Shown: one piece after another, positions 45,881 to 56,500 of the stretch
Layout: each line of letters opens with the position of its first letter
Position numbering within the stretch: position 1 is the first letter of the stretch
DNA from: Octopus bimaculoides
Taxonomy: Eukaryota
Direction of reading: 5' to 3'
Length of the DNA: 64,000 nucleotides
NCBI RefSeq assembly: GCF_001194135.2
Contig: NC_068984.1
Span: 81,857,979 to 81,921,978 of the forward strand
The notes under the pieces: model-generated
Database searches by the model: none
Seen by the model: the letters and a program-made list of their open reading frames with translations, nothing else
What the model was told of the DNA's origin: nothing
Made by a program: the position numbers and the translations under genes

Positions 45881-46379
45881 TTTCGGATACCGGGGCTGAA
45901 AATTGGTCCGGCATCTCATCATAAGTTATTAATAACTGATGAGATGCCGGCGCATTTTTCNNNNNNNNNNNNNNNNNNNNNNNNNNNNNNNNNNNNNNNN
46001 NNNNNNNNNNNNNNNNNNNNNNNNNNNNNNNNNNNNNNNNNNNNNNNNNNNNNNNNNNNNNNNNNNNNNNNNNNNNNNNNNNNNNNNNNNNNNNNNNNNN
46101 NNNNNNNNNNNNNNNNNNNNNNNNNNNNNNNNNNNNNNNNNNNNNNNNNNNNNNNNNNNNNNNNNNNNNNNNNNNNNNNNNNNNNNNNNNNNNNNNNNNN
46201 NNNNNNNNNNNNNNNNNNNNNNNNNNNNNNNNNNNNNNNNNNNNGTAGCTATATATGGAAAAAAAGACAAAGTAGAAAATGCTAAAATACTTTTATAAAG
46301 AACATTACAGAACCAGTTTCGATCCTTGAGATCTTTTCAACAGTAAATATGAATAATAGATTTTTGAAAAATTATTGAA

Positions 46380-46930
46380 ACTATGTTGGCCCTATAGGGA
46401 ACCTTTGTACTCAGTCGCCTGGACTACTGGCTCCAGTTATGGTCACCACATAGTGCCAAACTAACAGCGGAGCTTGAAGCAGTCCAAGCCACTACACTGA
46501 AACGATTGAAACAGTACAGTGGATGAGCTACAGCCAAAGGCTGAATAAAATTGCAACTTCACTCCCTGAAGCAAAGGCGCGACAGATGTGTAATAATCTA
46601 CATATTGAAAACTCTATAAGGGCTAGTACCTAATTTCGGCATTGAGTGTTATACAAATGCCTTACTCCATATAAATTCAGGACCAAGTACTGCAATAGAC
46701 TGGAGTTCAAAAGCCCACAGCTCGTCAATGCCCTGCCACGATAATTAAAAATTCTGCATAAGGTGGAAGTAGATATTTTCAGAAGGGAACTAGACATCCT
46801 CCTCTCCACAATACCGGATGAACCAACAGCCCGACATGAGGTACAGACCAGAGCAGCAGAATCAAACTCCCTTACACACCAAATAGGCCAACAACTGAGA
46901 CGAAGGCACATACAGGAGTGGTGATGGGAA
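46380..46930 (+). mobile_element. CR1-group LINE 3' end
   Basis: VLSRLDY..QLWSP....ELEAVQ, YSQRL..L.LHSL.QRR.R, FRRELD.LLSTIPDEP...RAAESNSL. Confidence 0.8.
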
Positions 46931-47005
46931 ACACCCCAGACTGAGGAAATCAGCAAGACTACGATGATGCTCCAGCATGATCGTAGCCTCATAGTTGAAA
47001 CGACC

Positions 47006-47036
<31 letters not shown>

Positions 47037-47535
47037 NNNNNNNNNNNNNNNNNNNNNNNNNNNNNNNNNNNNNNNNNNNNNNNNTGAATGTGTGTGTGTG
47101 TGTAATGTGCTTAACATCTAAAAAATGCTAGATCTAGCAATAAAAATGCTAATTTTGTAGCAATATACGGAAGTGTCAGCTCACCCACTTCAGAATATAT
47201 GTACAATGTCACCTATACATAATTAACTAATTAATTATTTAGTTTTGATAACTTATTCTACTGCGTTAGAAAGAACACGCATATTATCAGGTTTCAAAGT
47301 ATGTATCTATCGCTAATTGAATGACATCTACGCTAAAAACAGTTATTCCTTCAGTCAGATGCAATTTTCAAGACATTTTTGATATGATGGGAACTAAGTC
47401 AATGATAAAATATATGACTTTATTTCTGGTACCGCAGATACAATTTTCAAGACTCTTTTAATAAGATGGAAACTATTTCAATAATAAAAAATATAACTTC
47501 TAGTACTAATTCAATGACTAAAAATATCGACTTAC

Positions 47536-47583
47536 CATCTTTTACCTCAGTCTCAACAACTTTGTACGAGTATATCGGAACAT
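47536..47583 (-). CDS. Microexon, 48 nt (x-VPIYSYKVVETEVKD)
   Basis: tattatcttgcag|ATGTTCCG...AAAGATG|gtaagt. Confidence 0.65.
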
Positions 47584-50500
47584 CTGCAAGATAATATATT
47601 ATAATTTTCTTATAATGTTTAATATTTCTTACGTAAATGTGGAAGCTGGGATTTGTCACGGTATGACAATGAAGGAAATTTAACAGTCATGATTTATCTC
47701 AACGTTATGACAATCGCATATTTATGAAAATTTTATTACTGTAAATTGTTACATGGTTGCCGTAAAAACGAAAGTGTTTATCTGGTTTTGATGAAACCAA
47801 TTATGAATATGAGGATTTTCAGTGTCACCTTTTAATTAATCTTTTATATTATGTATCTGTTCAAATGTGATACACAGATTGCTATTTCAAACTAATACTG
47901 CTTCCGTTACACATAACGAATTTTATATTCACGTTGTCGGTCAACGTCGACATCAGTGGTTTTTACAATCATTAATTTGTCTTATCAGTAACGGCAGAGT
48001 TTGCTTTAGCATGTGATTATCAGTGGATACTTCTACTGACCAGACCCAAAGAGGTACTGATATATCGTCTGGTACTGGTATATCGTCTAGTACTGATATA
48101 TTTTTGTGATTTTTAACACCGTACATCTATAAGAAATACTATCTCAGAATGCATATGCTTATATCCATTTTCATACAAAATTTACTCAACTGCTTCTGCT
48201 GTAATATAGTGTTTTGCGTCAAACATCATGAAATAGATATATTACTGTGGTAATAATTACTGTTATTATTACTACTCACAGTTATTTCCATCAACTCGCC
48301 AGTCAGTCTAAAATGAGGTTTTGGAATGATATTTAAACTGGGCTGATTCCTGATCAGCAAAGTTCACGACTAAAATAACTAATGACGGATATCATACCTT
48401 CGTTCTTAGAAGAGTAAATCTTATTTACGGCCAATCATTTCCAGTCTTCTGTATTCAGCAATTTCGTCAGTTCGATAACCAGAATCACTACATTTGAACT
48501 TTTGTAGGATTTCTATTCCTGATCAGGTTTCACAATTTTCACGCAAGACTTGTGAAAAGAAGTCTACATGAAGGATATCTTTCTAGGATACGATAATGAC
48601 TAATAAATGAATTCGATCTTTAATTATATTACTGTCTTCGCTGTCGGCAGTAGTCGTCCAGCTATGTAACTTGTCTTCTAAAGAAAACAGTTTTGAGTCA
48701 CAATGTTAAAATGATAACTAATGAAGATGAGAATATCTAAATATCAACTTACTACTTGGTTGTTCAAGAACACGTGGTTGTTCAAGAGCACGTTTTGCAT
48801 ATTTCTGATTATCTATAATCGAAAGAAATATGATTTTTTAGAAAAGAAAATGACATATCACTTAGCTAATAATTATTAATTTTATTGTTTCTGTTTAGGA
48901 TAGGAGATGGTTAAATCTATGAAGCTGCGGGGTTATTTAATTACATTAATATATTAAGCATATCAACAGTTATGGATGGTAGAAATGGTAAATCACTGGA
49001 TTTTATGCCGAAATGCTAGAATGAATATCAATTTACACCTTACTACTTTACGTGTACCTTTTGTGTATTTTCGAACATCTACAGTTCGAAACAAATATTG
49101 TAAGACATTAAAAAAAAAAACATAGCTAATTATGTTTCTGTTTAGGATAATAAATGGTTGAATCTGGAAAATCATAGGTTATTTAATTGCATTAACATTA
49201 GGCATCCTTTCAAGGGCAATGGGTGGTAAAATTGGTAAAACGCTGTAATTATTCAACTTTCGCTCCTCAACAGTTTCATTTCATAATCATCTAGCCGGAT
49301 TCGAAGTACGTATTCGTTAGCTGGTGTGTGACCTTTTTACAAGAGGCATTTCTGTCTCAAAATAGGCGCAAATTACAAGTTGTTGTTTAATGTGATAGAA
49401 AATGTTTTAATGATTGGTAAATACATATTGACTTACTCTTTGTTGCTGTAGTCGTGAAAGTTTTATTCAATACGGTTTTAGGAGCTGGAACATATAACAT
49501 TATTGTTTTGTGATAATGATAAGTATTTCAATGATTTAGTATTTACTACATAAATATAGAATCTGATAGGTTTCTTGCTATAAATTATCGCTAATTTGTA
49601 CTATAAAAGATAAAATAAAACAATGGGTTATATCTTGCCTTGCAAAATCAAATAACGAATATTAGGATGATGATTTGGAAGAAATGGCATAAAGGTCTGA
49701 TAGTGTTTAGTGCTGCCTGAAATTAATCATATTTTACTTTCATTACCCTTTCTATAAACAATGTACAAAAGTAAGAGGAAATGTTCACTGTGGGATAAGC
49801 CCGTTGTAGTTCGGGTTTCCGCCGCTAGAAACCATTTGATGCAACCCATGGGCATCAGTCTGCCGACCGACGTCGTCAAGTAAAGTCGTACTGACACGTG
49901 GTGCATCTTTGTTTTGCAGTGCTTCTCACAGGGGTGGGTGGGGGAACAGATCGAATAAACTATATTGTTGAAACCAACAGAACTTGCAGAATCGCTAGCA
50001 CGTTAGTGGTAGTTCCTCATTCTAATGTTCTGAGTTCAAATTCCACAGAGGTCGACTTTGTTTTTCATCCTTTCGAGGTCGATAAAATACGTAACAGTTG
50101 CGTACTTGAGTCCATATAATCGACTAGACCCTCTCCCCACAAATTTTCAAGATTTGTACCCATAGTAGAAAGAATTAGTAAATCTAAGTTCAAGGCGGCA
50201 AGCTGGTGGAGTCATTACTGCATCGGACAAAATGCTTAGTGGTAATTCTTCTTGCTTTACGTTCTAAGTTCAAATCTCGCCGAGGTCGACTTTGTCTTTT
50301 ACCTTTTCGGGGTCGATAAATAAGTACTACTTTTACACACACAAGGGTTGATGTAATTGACTCGTCCTTTTTGCCAAATTTCAGGTTTTGTGTCTATAGC
50401 AGAGAGAATTATTCAATCTAGGTGCATTGAAAACATCAACTAATAAAGAGATTGCAACACCATAATGTTACAAACACTATCTACATGAAGCAAACAGTTT

Positions 50501-53500
50501 CGAACTACATACTTGAAAACAAATAATTACAGTCTTCACACTACACATATTATTTTTTTTTTTAATACAACAACATCGTCAATTGCAACAACTTTGTGAT
50601 GTAAAACACTAATTAACGTTTCGAAGCAAAGCTAAACTTGATTGGTTTGGTAAGATTCAGAACACTCAAAAATATCATATAGTATACGTTCAACTGAAGC
50701 TTTGCCCTACAAATCACAGAATCATTTGTAACTATATTATATTGTAAATTATATTTTCTTGACCATAGAAAAAAGTAAACATTGCACCAGTAGCAGATTA
50801 CACAGCTCCACATTGCAACTGTTTTTTGACACCAATCTACTCAAGCACTCACACCCTCACAACAGGCGTAAGAAGGATGTTGAGTAAAAGAAAAGAAGAA
50901 GAATTGTAGAAAGACCTATTTAAGCAAACTCATCATTATACACAAAGATCTTGTAAATCAAAAGATCATACTTCCTCCCAAATGTAAAAAGTAATATAAA
51001 CTTACTGTTTTTATCGGAATTTATCTCTGATTCTGAAAACACGAAAAAAGAAAAAGCAAAAATATATTTTTAAAATATTTATTATTTAGAAGAATTCATA
51101 CAGATATCCATGGCAGTCTAACGCAAGCTATCTTTACGAACAGTATTTAGTTCCAGACTTATATGCGTGTTTTTTAAGCTTCTGGTTTTAACTACATTCA
51201 CTCTGCCTTATGTAATGTAGATGTGTCTGTGTCTTAAGATATGTGACGAAGACTGTTTAATATTGGTTTCATAAGAGGCCAGGTATATATATGATGAAAA
51301 TATTCCACTGAATACTGTGTCAAGCTATTATCTCGGATCACACAATTTATTGTAAAACTAGAAACGATTAAATATGTAAAATAGTGTTACACGAACAGGG
51401 TGTTGAGCTGGTAGACTCGCTAGCACGCCGGGCGAAATCCTTAGCAGCATTTTTGTTCGTCTTAACGTTCTGAGTTCAAATTCCACCGAGGTCGACTTTG
51501 TCTTTTAACCCTTCGGGGATCGATAAAAAAGAAAGTATCAGATGAACACTGGAGTTGATGTAACCGATTTCCTCCTCCCCCAAAATTTCTGGCCTTATAC
51601 CAAAACCAGTAGAGCGTCGCGCAAGTTTCCGAGTAGATATTTTCGTTTGGACATAGCATATTCTAACATACAATTTTGTTTTAGATTACACTGTACGAGC
51701 TAAGATCCATGTCTCTTTACGTTTCTCCAGACGTTTATCTACATAAAAGCCTTTTGCCGATACAGAAGACTATGGACCCGCGAGCACACACACGTGCACA
51801 TTCTTGTATTTTACAAATATCTTACTCTTCTTTTATTCTCTTACTCGTTTCAGTCATTTGACTGCGGCCATGCTGTTGCACCGTCTTAAAAGGTTTTGTC
51901 AAGTAAATCAACCACCGTAATTATTTTAAGCCTTATTCTGTCAGTTCTTGTGTCGAACCGCTAATTTCGGCAACGTAAACAAATCAACACCAATTGTCAG
52001 GCAGTGGGGGAACAAGTATATGCAGAAAGATGCAACCCCACCCCATCACCACCACCACCACCCACACACGCACATGCATACACACACACGCACACACACA
52101 TACACATACATACATACATAAGTTTACGGTGGTTTATTCCCCCAATTCACTACTTCAAAAAGTTTCGATGTTTCTTTAAAAATCAGGAAAGAACACAACA
52201 ATCAATACATACAAAACAAATATCTTACCATTTGAAAAGTATAACTGCTTGATCAATCTATGATATTCTGAAAATTGTAAAAAGTAATTAGTACTTTTTA
52301 GAAAATACTTCATTTAATTTAGACATTACTGCAAAAAAGACACCTAAAAACATTACTATATTCAATTGTATAAAAAGACATTCAGATCTTCAACTCTCGA
52401 TAGAGAGCTAGAATATCAAATGTTTGAAAGTACATATCACATAGAGATGTAAGAGTTTTGCAAGATCACAATGCTGAGTTCAGAACACCAAAATAGGTCT
52501 TACAGATAGAAATGAAAGGATGTTTAATAATCAGACGTGTTACAGACTCCACAACAAATTGAAGACTGCAAATAGTATATCGTCGATGCATCAATCACAT
52601 CATTCTGAAAGAGCTTGCACCCACTCCTCTGATATTTCGAATATTAAAAAAAAATAATAATAAAAAAACAGAACAAGTATTCTCAAACGCAAGAAGCAAG
52701 TGTAGCGTCAATTTTTACATCAGTCCCTGATTACAACAATGAATTATGCCATCTGAGCAAAACTTGAAAGTTAAGTCACTTGGGCATGAACTCAGCAGTG
52801 AGTCGGTTGTAATTACAGGCGTCCAACTTTTCGGCTACAAAAGTACCTAGGGACACATGCTGCATGATAAATGAAAGTGAATCAAGAAATTTTGATTAAT
52901 AAAAATTACTTCTGTTGTGAGGAAGAAACAATCTGTCATGTTATGGATGGATTCTGGTAAAAAAAAAAAAAAAAAAAAAGAAGACATGGGATATAATCCT
53001 AGAATTAAAATTTAAAATAAAAATGATTAGAAATAGAATATAGTTGGTTTTGTCATTGTGATCTTTAAACTCTATAGCGATAACTCAAAGTTTGGTTTGG
53101 CCTCGTAAACATCATTGGAGTAATAAAGTCTCGCCAAGATACAAGAGATTTTATAAACACCAAGGTTAATAAACACTAAGTCGCATAATAATGAGTTTGT
53201 TCTCCCCTTAGAACAGGTGCAATTTTAATTATTAAATTTTGATTCTCGATATCAAATATATTAGCGCACATTTTACAATTTGTTTTACGTGCAGCGTGCA
53301 TATCTTTTATTTCCAGAATCATTCTTTTTAAGTTATCACAACACTCAGTCTTCATTCTTTAAATACAGTATAAAGTAGAAGCTGCATAACATGATTATCG
53401 ATAATGTTAACAACTGGTTATTGTTATCAGAATTAGTAGCTCTTAATCTCATTGTTTGCTTAGTGTTACCAGCTGTTATTGTTATGCAAAGACTTCATCT

Positions 53501-56500
53501 CAAAGTAATAAAAATACACAGCTTCTACGATATTCTATACTAGCAGATATAGTCGACGTTGCTCGGGATTAAAATAGCATAGTTTTTCATTGTTTTACTT
53601 GTTTCAGTCATGTGACTGCAGCCATGCTGGAGCACTGTATTTAGTCGAACAAATCAACACACGAACTCACATAATGAATCTTGCAAACCCAATCCCAATA
53701 GGTATTGCGAATAGCTGCCTGACTGAATAAAAAACCGTGAATAATTCCTAATTATGTAATATAAATATATATCGCAGAAGTAAATAAAAATAAAATATTG
53801 TTGTACATACTATGATTCTCTGCCAACCATCTCTTCAGTTTGCCAATTCCTTAGATTGTAAATTTAGAAATAAATTNNNNNNNNNNNNNNNNNNNNNNNN
53901 NNNNNNNNNNNNNNNNNNNNNNNNNNNNNNNNNNNNNNNNNNNNNNNNNNNNNNNNNNNNNNNNNNNNNNNNNNNNNNNNNNNNNNNNNNNNNNNNNNNN
54001 NNNNNNNNNNNNNNNNNNNNNNNNNNNNNNNNNNNNNNNNNNNNNNNNNNNNNNNNNNNNNNNNNNNNNNNNNGTTATTATCTAGTGTAACAATTTAAAA
54101 TGATAATAACAGAATCAATAATATAGGCGATAGATAGATTATTAGAATATTAATTCAATATTTTAACTCTCTTATTGGTAACGAAATATATAATTTGGAA
54201 TAAAAATACCAAAATTCCCCAGTTTTATTTTTTAATATGCAATTACTCTGAAACAGATATCTGTCAGTATTTTTACAGTATTCTCCAGTAATTTCAACAT
54301 GTAAATCATAACATCTACAAGTATACTTTGGAGAACTGAAAATGCAGATGTGCTTCATGAAGTCACAGATTGGATTATAACCCTATCTACATATTGTATA
54401 TGTGTGTGTACAGACAACGTTGTACAGGTAGCATGTTATACACATGTTATAAATCTTTCCTGTTTTCGTTGTAACAAATCCAGACAAACAGATATCCACA
54501 ATCTCATAATAACAACTGGCACTCCGTCGGTTACGATAAGTGTTCCAGTTGATCCGATCAACGGAACAGCCTGCTCAAGAAATTAATGTGCAAGGGGCTG
54601 AGCACTGTACAGACACGTGTGTTCCTAACGTAGTTTTCAAAGAGATTCAGCATGACACAGAATGTGACAAGGCTGGTCCTTTGAAATACAGGTATAACTC
54701 ATTTTTACCAGCTGAGTAAACTGAAGCAATGTGAAGTAATGTGCGTTGCTCCAGGATACAACGCATCGCCCGGAATCGAACTCACGACTTTACGATCGTG
54801 AGTCGAATACTCACGTGCCTTCACACAATCTCAGAACAGACATAGACTGGATGTAAGCAAAAAGAAAATAAAACCTATTCTTGAAGAAATAGCCATCCAT
54901 CCATCCATCCATCCATCTTCTCTGTCCACTGTCTCTAGGAGGGTCGTGGGGGTAGAGTTTTCGGGCCCCTCATCCATAGGGTCCTATCAGAAACAACTGA
55001 CTTTAAAACTTCTGGCTGGATTCCCAACCAAGACCAACTGGGACTATCTTGCTATTAGTCTACCCATGGATCTCCGGCTGGTTGGCTCAGCTCGAAGAAC
55101 CCGTCTTGCGATTCTTTCCTACACCATTTTAATCACATGTCCATAGTACTGGAACTGTGAACTATCAGTGCGAAAAAGTAGCAGTTTGACCTGGGGAGAC
55201 TCCTTGATTTCCGAGCTACGCGCCCTGTCGAGTAATGTTGCTCTAGAGATCATTCGGGGAAACCCCATATCCGTCGCTTGTATTCTTGATTGTACTCTTT
55301 CGGTCATTACCCAACATTCATGACCAAAGATGAGAATAGGCACAAAAACCAAACCACATCAATTTTACCATTCTGGAAGGCCGTGTACACCTCATGTCAT
55401 TGCCTTATTTCTTTGTCTATTTTATAAAAGACGATTGCAATTAGTAAACCAATGAATTGCTCGTAAATTCTTCTCTACATCTTCTTATTACAACTGAGTA
55501 TTATACCATCCTTTGTGAAAGCACATCCAGGTATGTTTGTTTCATATTCTAGGGAAAATATTACCTTACTTGAAAATAAGTGAGGGTTTGTGGCAGGAAA
55601 ATCATCCAGCCATAGAAAAATTTGCTTTAATGAGGTTCTCGTCTGACCCACGGAAGCATGGAAAAATAAACAACATCGATGATGATGATAAAAAAAACAA
55701 CTGTGATTATATATAACCACAAGAATTATAATCTCATTTGATCATGCATATACTTACTATTAGAGTGCATCAACAGATCTAGAACTAGCTGTACCCAGGC
55801 TGTTTCAATAAAACTATTTTTTAAGATACATGTCGTCAAAGCAGAAATTTAGAAAATTTTCCTAAATAAAACTAGGTTAGAGTTAATTAAATGTATGTTA
55901 ACTAAATATATGTTGAGATTAGATATACAGTTGCCTCAAAATGTCTCGTGTCTACAGTAAAACACTAAACTAGAAGCAGGTTAGACACCAGCGACACCTT
56001 TCCTGTGTTAATAGTAATCAGCCTACTGAGACATCCATTCACACTCTTAAAATAGAAACACACACACGTGCGTTCCCCATACATACACCCCCACCCACCC
56101 ACACACACACACACACAATCATCTTCTTTAGAATAGTTTTTACAAGTCAGTAAAACATACTTGTAGTAAGCGACTTAATATAAAGATAAACAGAAAAGGA
56201 TCTACCAGCTTACTGTTTTCATCGATTTCATGATTTCCCGATGCGTTTTGCTCTGAAAACAAGAAGCCCAATAGATATTTTTTAAAAATATATTGTGTTT
56301 ATTAGAATTCATATGTCCATAATTAAAATTTGTTAATTTTTAGAAATAGGATTAAGTTTCAAATGAAGTAATGTTTCTAAAAGCTACAGATATTGTTTCA
56401 TCCACTCCATCAAGGTATTTAGCCCAAGGACAGTTCCATCCAGTAGGCTTGTAATCGAAAAAATACACGTATTAACCATCTGTCTTTTTTGTGTATAGGA

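Noticed and set aside
48890-49240. Two plus-strand signal-peptide-like exons (MKLRGYLITLILSISTVMDG.. and a copy lacking ATG)
   Set aside because: They are the intronic part of the 266-bp tandem unit of the minus-strand array; the second copy has no in-frame start and no downstream plus-strand exons were found.
52779-52862. Apparent terminal exon HVSLGTFVAEKLDACNYNRLTAEFMPK*
   Set aside because: Open only in phase 0, incompatible with the flanking phase-1 exons, and further exons lie downstream.
53671-53722. Minus exon-like segment with good splice sites (48/52 nt)
   Set aside because: Lies within a Helitron-like/SINE composite repeat (~53533-53800); sites are probably repeat-derived.
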